NCBI RefSeq assembly: GCF_013177435.1
Contig: NZ_CP053627.1
Span: 840,001-872,000 of the forward strand
Length of the DNA: 32,000 nt
Reading direction: 5' to 3'
Source of the DNA: Xylella taiwanensis
GTDB lineage: Bacteria; Pseudomonadota; Gammaproteobacteria; Xanthomonadales; Xanthomonadaceae
Position 1 is the stretch's first letter; each line of letters starts with the position of its first letter. Made by a program: the position numbers and the translations under genes. The notes under the pieces were generated by a model. It was not told the DNA's origin, ran no database searches, and worked only from the letters and a program-made list of their open reading frames with translations. This document shows, piece by piece, positions 1 to 11,764 of the stretch.

Positions 1-1074
1 CGTTCGATTGGTATTCAGCCAGATGTGTTGTTGTGTCGCTCTGAGCAGGTGATCCCGGATTCGGAGCGGCGCAAAATTGCATTGTTTACCAACGTCTCTG
101 AGCGAGCGGTGATCAGCTGTCCCGATATCGACGTGTTGTATGGGATGCCTTTGGAGCTCCGTCGTCAGGGCCTTGATGAAATTGTGATTGATCAGTTCAA
201 ACTCAGCGGAAAAGCCAGTTCGGCTGATTTGTCCGAATGGGAGGATGTGGTCGACGCAACAAAGCATCCTTTGGATGAAGTCACTATTGCCGTTGTCGGC
301 AAGTACGTCGATTATCAGGATGCCTATAAGTCGGTCGGTGAGGCACTCAAGCATGGTGGCCTACGTCAGCGTACCAAAGTCAATCTCAAGTGGGTTGAGG
401 CTCAGGACTTGGAAGGCAGCGATATGGCGATCCTTAAAGATATTGACGGTATTTTGGTGCCGGGAGGATTCGGTGATCGTGGTTTTGAGGGGAAAGTACT
501 TGCTTCAAGGTATGCGCGTGAGCATCGAGTGCCGTATTTCGGTATTTGCTATGGCATGCAGGCGGCGGTGGTCGATTACGCACGCCATGTTGCCGGGCTT
601 GAGGGTGCCAACAGCACTGAAAATGATCGTCACTCGCCCCATCCGGTGATTGCTTTGATTGCTGAGTGGCGTACCGCTGCTGGTAAGGTTGAACGTCGTG
701 ATGAGAAGTCCGATCTGGGTGGCACGATGCGTCTTGGCTTGCAGGAGCAGCGTCTCAAGGCGGGGACGCTGGCACGCGAGCTGTACGGCAAGGATGTGGT
801 GGGTGAACGTCATCGCCATCGTTACGAATTTAATAATCGCTACCGTACCCAGTTGGAGGATGCCGGTTTGGTGATTGCGGCCAAATCGATGGACGACACT
901 TTGGTAGAGATGATCGAGTTACCACGCGAAATGCATCCTTGGTTTCTTGCATGCCAAGCGCATCCTGAATTCTTGTCGACTCCCCGCGATGGTCATCCGC
1001 TCTTCATTGGCTTTGTGCAGGCTGCGCGCGCGCGTAAGGCTGGAGGCACATTGCTCAGGGAAGGATGCGTTTGA
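1..1074 (+). CDS. pyrG: CTP synthase, C-terminal part (glutamine amidotransferase domain); the 5' end lies outside the window
   Basis: Frame 1 is open from base 1; the track lists it from the first Met at 25. Class-I GATase motifs are visible ([30 protein letters not shown]). It sits upstream of kdsA-eno. Confidence 0.95.
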   Translation, partial: RSIGIQPDVLLCRSEQVIPDSERRKIALFTNVSERAVISCPDIDVLYGMPLELRRQGLDEIVIDQFKLSGKASSADLSEWEDVVDATKHPLDEVTIAVVGKYVDYQDAYKSVGEALKHGGLRQRTKVNLKWVEAQDLEGSDMAILKDIDGILVPGGFGDRGFEGKVLASRYAREHRVPYFGICYGMQAAVVDYARHVAGLEGANSTENDRHSPHPVIALIAEWRTAAGKVERRDEKSDLGGTMRLGLQEQRLKAGTLARELYGKDVVGERHRHRYEFNNRYRTQLEDAGLVIAAKSMDDTLVEMIELPREMHPWFLACQAHPEFLSTPRDGHPLFIGFVQAARARKAGGTLLREGCV

Positions 1075-1215
1075 ACATGGAGTGTTGCTGATTTGATCTT
1101 TGGTGAAGATGTTTTGGGGATCGGAATCAAGATACGTTGACGGAAAAAATGTCCCTCGTTTCGTTTGTCGTTGTTTTCTCCGTTGGTCGGTATTCCTAAA
1201 CAGTCAGGTGATGTG

Positions 1216-2046
1216 ATGAAGCTTTGTGGTTTCGAAGTTGGTCTCAATCAGCCACTCTTCTTGATCGCTGGCCCGTGTGTGATCGAGTCGCTACAGTTGC
1301 AGCTGGATACTGCTGGTGTACTCAGGGAGATCACCGCCAAGCTTGGTTTAAACTTTATCTTCAAGTCGAGCTTCGATAAGGCGAACCGAACCTCGGGCAA
1401 CAGTTTTCGTGGCCCCGGCTTGGAAGAAGGTTTGAAAGTACTAGAAGCGGTGAAGACACAGATCGGTGTGCCAGTGCTGACGGATGTGCACGAGTACACC
1501 CCAATAGACGAGGTGGCAGCTGTTGTTGATGTGCTGCAAACGCCTGCGTTTTTGGTACGTCAGACTGATTTCATCAGGAATGTCTGTGCGGTGGGCAAAC
1601 CGGTCAATATCAAGAAAGGACAGTTTTTGTCCCCATGGGATATGAAACCGGTGGTCGAGAAAGCTAAGTCGACCGGTAATGCACAGATCCTGGTATGCGA
1701 ACGCGGCGCTTCGTTTGGTTACAACAATCTGGTGAGCGATATGCGCTCACTGGCGGTGATGCGTGAGACCGGCTGTCCGGTGGTATTCGACGCAACTCAT
1801 TCTGTGCAGCTGCCGGGTGGCCAGGGTGGCCGTTCTGGTGGTCAGCGCGAGTTCGTGCCCGTGTTGGCGAGGGCCGCTGTGGCGGCGGGTATTTCCGGAT
1901 TGTTCGCGGAGACTCATCCGGATCCGCCCAACGCACTGTCCGATGGCCCCAATGCTTGGCCGTTGCACAAGATGGCGGTGTTGCTGGAAACGCTGCTGGA
2001 GTTGGATGCGGTGACTAAAAAACAAGGTTTTCTGGAACAGGATTGA
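1216..2046 (+). CDS. kdsA: 2-dehydro-3-deoxyphosphooctonate aldolase (KDO-8-phosphate synthase)
   Basis: Track ORF 1165-2046. [36 protein letters not shown] and [11 protein letters not shown] are typical KdsA. I prefer the ATG at 1216 because the family begins close to the FLIAGPC motif. Confidence 0.92.
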   Translation: MKLCGFEVGLNQPLFLIAGPCVIESLQLQLDTAGVLREITAKLGLNFIFKSSFDKANRTSGNSFRGPGLEEGLKVLEAVKTQIGVPVLTDVHEYTPIDEVAAVVDVLQTPAFLVRQTDFIRNVCAVGKPVNIKKGQFLSPWDMKPVVEKAKSTGNAQILVCERGASFGYNNLVSDMRSLAVMRETGCPVVFDATHSVQLPGGQGGRSGGQREFVPVLARAAVAAGISGLFAETHPDPPNALSDGPNAWPLHKMAVLLETLLELDAVTKKQGFLEQD

Positions 2047-2663
2047 ATCAATTTGCTGATTGCAGGAAGGCATTGGTGTGCGTCGGAAGTATCTCTTGAT
2101 CGTGTGATGGTTGGCCGTGTTCCTTGCTTGACTGTGTCGGGTTGATGATTGTCATCCGTGTGGAGATGGATGAGTTGAATGCGATGAGAAACACGCATTG
2201 CCTCGAACGATTTTCAAAAGCAACTGTACCGATGCATGTGATGGCCATCCCTCCTAGAATTCACTCAGTGCGGTATGGTCACACGGGATAGTCGGATGAT
2301 TGATGCGATGATCCAGAATGGCATCGATCCGTTGTCGCAGTAACTGATACAGCGTTCCAGATCAACGCAGCCAGGGTGGTCTTCTTCAGTGATATCATCC
2401 TGGCGTCGTCTTACGGTGGACTCGGTCATCATTGATGTTCTCAGACAAGATCAGACAGCATCAGCTGGGGTTGTTTGTTGTCCTTAACCTCAGGTTGTCA
2501 TTACATGCCCAGTGCAACGGTTTCATTGTTGCTCGGTACAGCTCAGTAGGTGCCGGAGATTTCCATGGCGTCGTCTTAGGATCTTTTGAAACCGGAGCCA
2601 TTTGGCAAGTCGCGGTACTGCGATGATAATCCGATGGTTTCCTGGTGTTCCTCCCTTCCCTAG

Positions 2664-3971
<1,308 letters not shown>

Positions 3972-3974
3972 TTT

Positions 3975-4331
3975 GTGCGTAATTGGCGCTGGTTGTTGCT
4001 GGTGCTTGCGGCATTGTTGGCTTGGCTGCAGCACCGCTTTTGGTTCGGTCCTGGTAACTCCGGCGAGGTCCGCATGTTGGAGAAGCAGATCGTTCAACAG
4101 CGTCGAGAGAACGAACACTTGCGTCAGCGTAATGCTTCGCTTGCTGCTGAGGTCAAGAACTTGAAGGATGGCGAGGCAGCGATTGAGGAGCGTGCGCGCA
4201 GTGAATTGGGCATGATCAAGCCTGGCGAGATCTTCTACCGTGTGGTTGAGGATGTTCCTTTACCTGCTTCGGATAATGCATCTGCTGTTCATGGAGCCGA
4301 TCAGATGCCACCGCGTAGAAAACAGCCATGA
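3975..4331 (+). CDS. ftsB: Cell division protein FtsB (septum formation initiator)
   Basis: GTG start 3 nt after the eno stop. It has one N-terminal TM helix ([13 protein letters not shown]), a coiled-coil and [14 protein letters not shown], typical of FtsB. Its position between eno and ispD is the conserved one. Confidence 0.88.
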   Translation: MRNWRWLLLVLAALLAWLQHRFWFGPGNSGEVRMLEKQIVQQRRENEHLRQRNASLAAEVKNLKDGEAAIEERARSELGMIKPGEIFYRVVEDVPLPASDNASAVHGADQMPPRRKQP

Positions 4332-5023
4332 GTGTTGGCGTCTGGGCGGTGATCCCAGCCGCTGGGCGTGGTGTCCGATTTGGTGCTCTGGTGCCTAAGC
4401 AGTACTTACCCGTCGCTGGGCAGCCATTGATCGCTTATACGCTGAAAGCGTTGGCAGCACATCCGGCAGTGTGTGGGTTGATGGTGGTTGTTGCTGATGG
4501 CGACGTTGATTGGTTCGGCTGGACGGAGGTGGCAGATAAGCCACTGCTTACTTGCAGTGGAGGCGTGACTCGTGCTGCTTCGGTATTGTCTGGTTTGCTG
4601 GCGTTGCCGCAGGTGGTGCATGCTGATGATTTCGTGTTAGTCCATGACGCCGCGCGTCCGAACTTGGCGGTGTCGGACTTAGATCGGTTGCTAGAAGCCG
4701 GCTGTGCCGATCCAGTGGGTGCGATCCTGGCGGTGCCGGTGCACGACACGCTGAAGCGTGCCGGTGGCGATGGCAGCATTGATGGTACCGAACCACGTGA
4801 ACGGTTGTGGCGTGCCTTCACCCCGCAGTTGTTTCGCCGATCTCAGTTGGTGCGTGGCCTGCAGGCGGCGGTGGCGGCTGGGATCGAGGTTACCGATGAA
4901 GCGATGGTCATGGAGCGGCAGGGCTTGCGTCCTCTGCTGGTGAAGTGTGCTGAGAGCAACTTCAAGATCACGACGCCAGATGATTTGGCGCGTTTTGAGT
5001 TCGAGTTGTCACGACGTGTTTGA
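4328..5023 (+). CDS. ispD: 2-C-methyl-D-erythritol 4-phosphate cytidylyltransferase
   Basis: The N-terminal [12 protein letters not shown] nucleotide-binding motif and the length match IspD. The ATGA start/stop overlap with ftsB implies translational coupling. Confidence 0.92.
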   Translation: MSVGVWAVIPAAGRGVRFGALVPKQYLPVAGQPLIAYTLKALAAHPAVCGLMVVVADGDVDWFGWTEVADKPLLTCSGGVTRAASVLSGLLALPQVVHADDFVLVHDAARPNLAVSDLDRLLEAGCADPVGAILAVPVHDTLKRAGGDGSIDGTEPRERLWRAFTPQLFRRSQLVRGLQAAVAAGIEVTDEAMVMERQGLRPLLVKCAESNFKITTPDDLARFEFELSRRV

Positions 5024-5035
5024 GTGGCTTAATTT

Positions 5036-5554
5036 ATGGAGTATCAAGTGATGGCGGGTTTGAACGTTCGCATCGGTCAGGGGTATGACGTCCATGCGTT
5101 TGGACCCGGTGACCATATGATGTTGGGTGGAGTGCATGTGCCTTATCGTTGCGGTGTATTGGCACACAGTGACGGTGACGTGATCTTGCATGCGCTGTGT
5201 GACGCCATGCTTGGTGCGTTGGGATTGGGTGACATTGGCCAACATTTTTCACCTTCCGATGAACGTTGGAAGGGAGCGGATAGCGCCATCTTTGTGCGTC
5301 ATTGCCATATGTTGCTGCGTGCACGTGATTGGTGTGTAGGGAATGCTGATGCAACCGTGGTCTGTGAATGGCCAAAGATCGCTCCGCATGTCAGTGCGAT
5401 GCGTGAGGGTATTGCGCGCTTACTCGAAGTTCAACCAGATTGCGTTAGTGTCAAGGCCACGACGAGCGAAGGGCTTGGTTTTATTGGCCGCGGTGAGGGT
5501 ATTGCTGCTCAGGTTGTGGTATTGCTGTATCGCCTTCAAGGTATCGTGGTGTAG
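5036..5554 (+). CDS. ispF: 2-C-methyl-D-erythritol 2,4-cyclodiphosphate synthase
   Basis: [17 protein letters not shown] and [16 protein letters not shown] are IspF motifs. The start is ambiguous between the ATG at 5036 and the ATG at 5051. Confidence 0.92.
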   Translation: MEYQVMAGLNVRIGQGYDVHAFGPGDHMMLGGVHVPYRCGVLAHSDGDVILHALCDAMLGALGLGDIGQHFSPSDERWKGADSAIFVRHCHMLLRARDWCVGNADATVVCEWPKIAPHVSAMREGIARLLEVQPDCVSVKATTSEGLGFIGRGEGIAAQVVVLLYRLQGIVV

Positions 5555-5774
5555 ACAAAGAAATGCTGCTTGATTGCTATAGAACCAAGCCCTGGGTGTA
5601 TTCCGCTCGATACGTGCGGGGCTGATGGTTCAGTCCCTGTGGCTCTGAGCAATGCAAAGTGAAAGTGTCGCTCTTGAGATCGTTATTGTGTAGGGTTGCA
5701 GTCACTATACTGAGCTATTTAACAAGTTCAGTCAGAGTGCCAGGGGCCCAGGTACCACTCTGTGTTGAACTGGC

Positions 5775-6317
5775 TCAGCGTCGCCTCAGTAGCACCAGCA
5801 CTGCACCGGTGCCGCCTTGCGCGGGTGGTGAAGAATGGAATGCAACCACATCCTTGCGTAAGCGCAGCCATTGATTAACCAGTTTTTTCAGTACTGGAGT
5901 GCCACCGTTGGATTGCAAGCCTTTGCCGTGGATGATACGTACGCAGCCATATTCGTGCACATGAGCGTCGAGCAGAAATTGGCGTAGTAGCGTTTCAGCT
6001 TGCACTGCGGTGGCTCCATGCAGGTCTAGTTCGTCCTGCACTGAGAACTGTCCTCGCTTGAGCCTTTGGAACAGGTGCGAAGGCAGTACGTTACTGCGAT
6101 AGCTGATAATGTCGCCAGCTTCCAATTGCGCCGATTCGCGCAGCAACCGTGCAAATTCGCTTTGCGCTTCGTTTCCTTTGTGTTGAATGATGTGTCTGTG
6201 GGGCCGTGAGCGAAGTTGGGGAGTGAAGACCGTCTCGCTGGGGCGTAGTGGCCGCACTGCGCCGATGGCGGCACGGAACAGTGCGGCATCATTATCGTTG
6301 TCATTGGGCTGTGTCAT
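5775..6317 (-). CDS. smrB: Smr-domain endonuclease (SmrB/YfcN-like)
   Basis: C-terminal Smr domain (LDLHGATAVQAE...IIHGKG...). The N-terminal DAALFRAAIGAVRPL resembles the conserved SmrB N-terminal motif. At 180 aa it is similar in length to E. coli SmrB. Confidence 0.7.
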   Translation of the reverse strand: MTQPNDNDNDAALFRAAIGAVRPLRPSETVFTPQLRSRPHRHIIQHKGNEAQSEFARLLRESAQLEAGDIISYRSNVLPSHLFQRLKRGQFSVQDELDLHGATAVQAETLLRQFLLDAHVHEYGCVRIIHGKGLQSNGGTPVLKKLVNQWLRLRKDVVAFHSSPPAQGGTGAVLVLLRRR

Positions 6318-6904
6318 GGGGTACAGGGTTGTGTGTAATGCTCGAAGGAATGCTTCCGACTTCCCCTGGTGGATTACTCCGCTTGGAGACTAGAAGTGGA
6401 TGGAGGAGGGCAAAGAGAGAACACATCCAGAAGTGAATCCTTTATAGGAGGCACACGTTGGTAGTAGTTCAACGAGCTACATAAGGCTAATGGTGGAGCA
6501 ATCTTGGAGTTAACTCTGAAATTTGGAAACAATAAACGTCTTTCGCTGGGTGAGAAGCGAGACGGATGATCGCCATTCAGTAAAGAGTTTGGGAAGAGGG
6601 AGCAAGAGTGTGATTGGTTTATTAGCGTATTTCTGGTTGGTGAAAGTGCAGCTTGAAGCGAAACTCGAATGGGTAGTGCTGCTCAAAATGTTGAGTCATC
6701 TGGGGTTGTGGTGAGGTTGGCACGCTGCCGCCGGTTTTCTGGAGGAGGGCAGGCAGCGTATCTTCGGCTTAAGTGGAGCTAAGGTTGTCAGTGCTCTGGA
6801 TTGCAGCGTTCCTGAACATTAAATGCTGTATTCGGTAGTGAATTTCTTAAGTTAGCTTATTTAGAATGGTGTTCCGTTAGCTTTTCGATCATATTCATAG
6901 ATGT

Positions 6905-6934
6905 CTATCGTTAAGACATATGCCTTAACGATAG
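6905..6934 (-). terminator. Perfect 11-bp stem-loop just downstream of the SMP-30-family gene
   Basis: CTATCGTTAAG (6905-6915) pairs with CTTAACGATAG (6924-6934) around an 8-nt loop. There is no clear U-tract, so its function (terminator or binding palindrome) is uncertain. Confidence 0.3.
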
Positions 6935-6949
6935 CGATAACATGAGTAT

Positions 6950-7972
6950 TCAGTGTTTACTCTCCTTTACTTTTATTTTTAGACGGTAAATTGCGTGGCT
7001 TGCTGTTACATAAAGAATGGGGTTATTCGCTTTATCCAGTGAAAAATTCATATTACTGACAGTGCCAGGTAGGATAATTTTTCCAAGACGTTTTCCTTTG
7101 GGGGAAAATATTTGAATACTTCCTTCACTACTTGACCATATATTACCAATGGCATCGGTGGCGATACCGTCTGGTATGCCATGTGAAACAGTTGCAAGCA
7201 CTCTTCCATTTTTGAGTGATTTATCTTTTTTAATAGTGTAAGCGACAATTCTGCTGTTGAGATTGGAAGAGTTAAAATTATAGGCTAATTCACTGTCTGC
7301 GATATAAAGAGTCTTTTCATCAGGGCTGAGAGCGATCCCATTAGGTGCTTTGACAAGAGGAGTTTTCAAGCGAACAATGGTTCCCGTTTTTGGTGAGTAT
7401 CGATAGCTGTAATCTCCTCCTTGTACTGCTGTACCGCCGTAGCTTTCTTTAGGATTATTGATACCAAATGCAGGGTCAGTGAACCATATATCGCCACTGC
7501 GATCGACGATGATATCGTTTGGACTGTTCAGTTTATGTCCTTGATAAGCATCGATGACTATCATCCACTTTCCATCTTTTTCGAGCCGTTCTATCGCTCT
7601 TTTCCCATGTGAAGCTGCGAGTAAGCGTCCTTCATTGTCTAATGCATGGCCATTTTGGAAATGTGACGGTTCCAAAAAGACGGAAACTCCTTCTCCTTCT
7701 TGCCAACGAAGCACACGGTTTGCCTTGACATCGCTCCAGATAAGGCTACCGTCAGGTAAGGCTTGAGGTCCCTCAAGCCAAATCCCTTTGTCATAGATGG
7801 TGATGAGTTCAGGTTCTTGATCGATAAGAGTTTCAAAAAGTGGATCTTCTTTCTGAACTTGAGCGGTGTGAATTTTAGTGTGATGTTGTGTTGCTATCCC
7901 GTAAAAGGGAAGCGTTAACAAGAATCCGGCTATGATGATGCGAGTAAAATAATTATTTCGTTTGGTTTTCAT
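6950..7972 (-). CDS. Secreted SMP-30/gluconolactonase/LRE-family six-bladed beta-propeller protein
   Basis: The N-terminus looks like a signal peptide (MKTKRNNYFTRIIIAGFLLTLPFYGIA). Family motifs are present: WLEGPQALPDGSLIWSDVKANRVLRW, LNSPNDIIVDRSGDIWFTDP, PNGIALSPDEKTLYIADS, IPDGIATDAIGNIW. Codon usage is AT-rich. Confidence 0.85.
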   Translation of the reverse strand: MKTKRNNYFTRIIIAGFLLTLPFYGIATQHHTKIHTAQVQKEDPLFETLIDQEPELITIYDKGIWLEGPQALPDGSLIWSDVKANRVLRWQEGEGVSVFLEPSHFQNGHALDNEGRLLAASHGKRAIERLEKDGKWMIVIDAYQGHKLNSPNDIIVDRSGDIWFTDPAFGINNPKESYGGTAVQGGDYSYRYSPKTGTIVRLKTPLVKAPNGIALSPDEKTLYIADSELAYNFNSSNLNSRIVAYTIKKDKSLKNGRVLATVSHGIPDGIATDAIGNIWSSSEGSIQIFSPKGKRLGKIILPGTVSNMNFSLDKANNPILYVTASHAIYRLKIKVKESKH

Positions 7973-8572
7973 GAAATCATCCTTTTTTGTTTCTTAATGA
8001 ATTACATATGGCTATTGTTTGAGGGCCTATTTTAGGGTGGTTATTTTACAAAACTATCACAGGACCAGCCAGCAGTATTTTATGGGTATTTGTAGAGATT
8101 GCATTAATACATGTCACTTGATCTCATGATGAGAAATTAAGAAAGGGAGCATGTTTTTTTGCTGGTAAATTTCGCATACATCTTGGCTTGTTGTGTAGTG
8201 ACGCATCAGATGTGGGTGCTTGGAGAAAATTTTTGTCGTTGTGGCAATTGTCGTTTTATAAATGTGGAATATTATTTTTATGTTGATGGTTGTTGTGTTA
8301 TTTTTTTCTGGGTTTCTATCGTGGTTGAGCGAGTTTCTGGGTGGTTTTAAAATTGCAAGAAATTTTATTTGTCTAATTTATGGTTCATATAAAATCTTAG
8401 GATGGGAAATTCTTTATTTTGAGTAAATTGCGACCAATGGTTTTATCCATTTTTGATGGTATGCCGCTGCCGTGCTGTTGCTCAAGTAAAATGGAGTGAT
8501 GATGTGACTATTGATATTTCAGAAGTATATTCGTGCATGTGCTGGTGATACTGCTACGGTGTCGATAGATGT

Positions 8573-10219
8573 TTACAAGTTCTGATAGTTTGGGCCTGAG
8601 CCGCCTTCTGGGGTGATCCAGTCGATAATTTGGTATGGGTCCTTGATGTCACAGGTCTTGCAGTGGATGCAGTTGGCTGCATTGATGTGCAGGCGTTTGT
8701 TGGTTGTTGCGGTGGTGTCTTCGATGATTTCGTAGACGTTGGCCGGACAGAAACGTGTGCATGGATTGCCGTATTCCTGTACGCAGCGTGTTACGCACAG
8801 TTCGGGGTTGGCGACTTTCAGATGGATGGGTTGATCCTCATCGTGCACAGTGGCGGCAAAGTAGACGCTTTGCAGGCGGTCACGTGGCGGTAGTGTGCGT
8901 TGCACGTAGTCGCGTTTGGGCTGCTCGTGTTTGCCGAGTCGTTCCAGGGTGGCCCAGTCTGGTGTGTTCTGCAATGTCCATGGGGAGGCGCCACCTGTAG
9001 CGGTCTCCCAGGCCGCGTTAAGCAGGCCGAACCATAAACCTTTTTTGAAACCCGGCTTGATGTTACGTACTTGTTTTAACTCGGCCATAGCCTTCGAAGC
9101 ACGCAGCTTGGCGTCGAATCCATAGGGGGTGAGTTGGGTGGCGACCAGATGTTCGGCAGCGAGCATGCCGCTGCGGATCGCTTGGTGTGTTCCCTTGATC
9201 TTGGGGACGTTGAGTAAGCCGGCGGTGTCACCGATCAAGAGTGCACCTGGCATCTCCACTTTTGGGAGTGATTGCCAGCCGCCGGTGACGATCGCGCGTG
9301 CGCCGGACGAAAGGATGCTACCGCTTTCCAGAAGCGGTTTGATGAGTGGGTGGTTTTTCCATTGCTGGAATGCTTCCCAAGGTTCGTACTCTGGATCGTG
9401 GTAGTCCAGGCTGCTGACATAACCGAGTGCGATGCGATTGTCATTCAGGTGGTATAGGAAACCGCCGCCGTAGGTATGTGTATCGGCGGGCCAGCCGAGG
9501 GTATGTACGATCTTGCCTGGAGAGCCACGTTCCTTGGGTACTTGCCACAATTCTTTGATACCGATGGAATAGGTCTGCGGATCGCTGTTTTGATCCAGAG
9601 CGAAATGTTTAATCAGGCGTTTGGTCAGGTGGCCACGTGCGCCTTCGGCGAGTACGGTGACCTTGGCATGGATGGCAATCCCAGCAGTGAAACTGGGTTT
9701 GTGTGTTCCGTTTTTGGCGATACCCATGTCGCCAATGCGCACTCCAATGACTTGGCCAGCCGCATCATGCAGGGTTTCAGTGGCGGAGAAGCCTGGGTAA
9801 ATGTCCACGCCCAGCGTCTCGGCCTGAGGTGCCAACCAGGCACATAATGCGCCAAGGCTGACGATAAAATTACCGTGGTTGCGCATACTTGGTGGCATGA
9901 TCGGAAATCTGTGTGCGTTATCTTTGCTCAGGAGCCAGAATTCGTCTTCGGTCGCGGGTACGCAGATTGGAGGCGGGGCGTCGCGCCAGCCGGGAAGTAG
10001 GCTATCCAGGGGGGCAGGTTCGATCACTGCGCCAGAGAGAATATGGGCGCCGATGGTGCTGGATTTTTCGATCACACATACTGACAATCCAGGATTGAGT
10101 TGTTTCAGCCGGATTGCAAACGCTAAGCCGGCTGGGCCAGCCCCAACAGTGACAATGTCGTATTCCATCACCTCACGTTCGGTGGCGTTTACTCCTGTCT
10201 CCTGTTCCGTTGCCAACAT
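8573..10219 (-). CDS. Electron transfer flavoprotein-ubiquinone oxidoreductase (ETF-QO)
   Basis: The FAD-binding motif YDIVTVGAGPAGL and the C-terminal 4Fe-4S Cys cluster (CTRFCPANVY...CIHCKTCDIKDP) are present. The ORF is open to 10306, but the ATG at 10219 is preceded by AGGAG at 6-nt spacing and gives a family-typical length. Confidence 0.9.
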   Translation of the reverse strand: MLATEQETGVNATEREVMEYDIVTVGAGPAGLAFAIRLKQLNPGLSVCVIEKSSTIGAHILSGAVIEPAPLDSLLPGWRDAPPPICVPATEDEFWLLSKDNAHRFPIMPPSMRNHGNFIVSLGALCAWLAPQAETLGVDIYPGFSATETLHDAAGQVIGVRIGDMGIAKNGTHKPSFTAGIAIHAKVTVLAEGARGHLTKRLIKHFALDQNSDPQTYSIGIKELWQVPKERGSPGKIVHTLGWPADTHTYGGGFLYHLNDNRIALGYVSSLDYHDPEYEPWEAFQQWKNHPLIKPLLESGSILSSGARAIVTGGWQSLPKVEMPGALLIGDTAGLLNVPKIKGTHQAIRSGMLAAEHLVATQLTPYGFDAKLRASKAMAELKQVRNIKPGFKKGLWFGLLNAAWETATGGASPWTLQNTPDWATLERLGKHEQPKRDYVQRTLPPRDRLQSVYFAATVHDEDQPIHLKVANPELCVTRCVQEYGNPCTRFCPANVYEIIEDTTATTNKRLHINAANCIHCKTCDIKDPYQIIDWITPEGGSGPNYQNL

Positions 10220-10307
10220 GTTGTGCTCCTGAAATAAGCTTGATCGCTTTTGATTATTTTCCTGAAGTTCTTTAGGGGCGGCAAATGGATACTGTGTTCT
10301 TGTCATC

Positions 10308-10910
10308 GTGTTAATGTGGCTTGCTATGCATCTGTTCCCGTTCTTGCCAGATGCGCGGATTTCCCTGCAGCCGGGGTGGTTGCCGTTCGGTGTGGCTGAT
10401 GCACTGTTGGCACGGCTGCTTGAAGAGGTGCCCTGGGAAGTGCAGCGAATTCACATCTTTGGCCGTGAGGTTGACTCGCCACGTTTGTCATGTTGGATGG
10501 GAGACCCGCAAGCCAGTTATCGTTACTCAGGTACATGCTTTCAGCCAAGTCCTTGGTTGCCGGTGCTAGCGTCGCTGCGTATGTATCTAGAGAATGAAAC
10601 TGATGCTGCTTTTAATAGCGTTTTACTCAATCGTTACCGTCATGGTGGTGATGCAATGGGCTGGCACAGTGACGATGAGTCGGAACTTGGGGTGGATCCC
10701 TTGATCGCATCACTCAGCTTGGGGGCTTCGCGTCGCTTTGTATTCCGACATCGGCGTGAGCGTCGCCTACGTGCTGAATGCGTACTCAGTCACGGTGATT
10801 TGTTACTGATGGGAGGGACAACTCAGCGTTACTATCAGCATGCCTTGCCCCGTACTTCGAGGTTGTTGGGGGAGCGGATCAACCTGACTTTTCGGCGCAT
10901 CCTGATTTGA
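10308..10910 (+). CDS. alkB: Alpha-ketoglutarate/Fe(II)-dependent dioxygenase AlkB (alkylated DNA repair)
   Basis: LNRYRHGGDAMGWHSDDE (HxD), YQHALP and RINLTFRRI match the AlkB 2OG-Fe(II) oxygenase core. The start is ambiguous (GTG 10308, ATG 10314 or ATG 10326). Confidence 0.85.
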   Translation: MLMWLAMHLFPFLPDARISLQPGWLPFGVADALLARLLEEVPWEVQRIHIFGREVDSPRLSCWMGDPQASYRYSGTCFQPSPWLPVLASLRMYLENETDAAFNSVLLNRYRHGGDAMGWHSDDESELGVDPLIASLSLGASRRFVFRHRRERRLRAECVLSHGDLLLMGGTTQRYYQHALPRTSRLLGERINLTFRRILI

Positions 10911-10915
10911 TTTTT

Positions 10916-10933
10916 GCCCTTTTCTTAAAGGGC
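10916..10933 (+). terminator. Stem-loop immediately after the alkB stop
   Basis: GCCCTTT-tctt-AAAGGGC forms a 7-bp stem. The T-run lies upstream (10911-10915) rather than downstream, so it is not a canonical intrinsic terminator. Confidence 0.3.
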
Positions 10934-11122
10934 GTAGGGATGTGGCGGAATGTTTCTAACGGCCCGGTGGGTCACGTCTAGTCTAGCCTTTATGCTTTTT
11001 GCTTGACTGAAGTTCCGGCATTTATGTTTTGTGCGTTGCTTATTATGTTGGAATGACAGCGTGCTGCTGTTCCTGATGTTATGGCCAAGAGTTGATTTTT
11101 AAGTCAACGATATCTATATGCC

Positions 11123-11764
11123 TCAGCGCTTTGGAGGCTTGTTGTGGGTGGTGGCGTCGCTTTGACCAGTGGTCAGAGTCCAGCCGACCAGTTCATTGGT
11201 CAACTGAGTGAGTGCTTGTCCGAAGGCGTTAGCGACCGCGGAGGTATCGGTACTTGCTGCTGGTTGTGTGGCCATGAAAGTACGCGAAGCGATCAAGCGT
11301 TGGTTGTGGGTGCCGATCAGTTTAGCGTTGACTTCGATGGTTGCCGTTGGCATTCGTTTCCCAGCGTAATCAGATTCAAAGCGGCGTAGATCTAAGCTTA
11401 GGTTGTAATCGGTGCTGATGCCGGTTCCGGCTCGAGCCACGCCGGCAATCTTCCCTGAATCTTCGAACGCGTGTATGAGTGCATCTTCGAGTATATCGGT
11501 GCTTGGTTGCGCCCAACTCACGTTACGGTAGACCTGGATCTCGCCTGGGGTGGGTTGTACGTTGATACGTGGGCTGTCGATCATGCGTGGGGCTTTGGGG
11601 TTGAGTACCGTCAGATGCCAAGCCACCGTAGGCCAGGAGGGATCGGGGACGACGTGGATTTGTGGTGAATAAATTGTTGTCGGTGTCTTTTCGCCCATCA
11701 GTACTGAGGAGCAGCTGGTGAGGATGAATACAGGCAGGCACAGCAGAGGATGGATCAGTTTCAT
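11123..11764 (-). CDS. ABC-type transport auxiliary lipoprotein (accessory component of the Mce/Mla-type transporter)
   Basis: A signal peptide with lipobox (VFILTSC) is present. The ATGA overlap with the upstream MCE gene implies translational coupling. It is the last gene of a permease-ATPase-MCE-lipoprotein operon. Confidence 0.75.
   Translation of the reverse strand: MKLIHPLLCLPVFILTSCSSVLMGEKTPTTIYSPQIHVVPDPSWPTVAWHLTVLNPKAPRMIDSPRINVQPTPGEIQVYRNVSWAQPSTDILEDALIHAFEDSGKIAGVARAGTGISTDYNLSLDLRRFESDYAGKRMPTATIEVNAKLIGTHNQRLIASRTFMATQPAASTDTSAVANAFGQALTQLTNELVGWTLTTGQSDATTHNKPPKR

Larger units (their letters stand above)
6760..8572. other. AT-rich islet carrying a single gene, between the smr and ETF-QO genes
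   Basis: Composition shifts visibly to AT-rich sequence relative to the flanking roughly 50% G+C genes. About 600 bp of non-coding AT-rich DNA lies at 7973-8572. Confidence 0.6.

Noticed and set aside
2432-2626. 64-aa plus-strand ORF in the kdsA-eno spacer
   Set aside because: It has no RBS and no recognisable motif. It is treated as part of the unexplained spacer rather than as a gene.
8159-8350. 63-aa Cys-rich ORF in the AT-rich spacer upstream of the SMP-30-family gene
   Set aside because: There is no RBS. The composition-driven ORF sits in T-rich DNA, has no recognisable motif and probably lies in the promoter region of the neighbouring gene.
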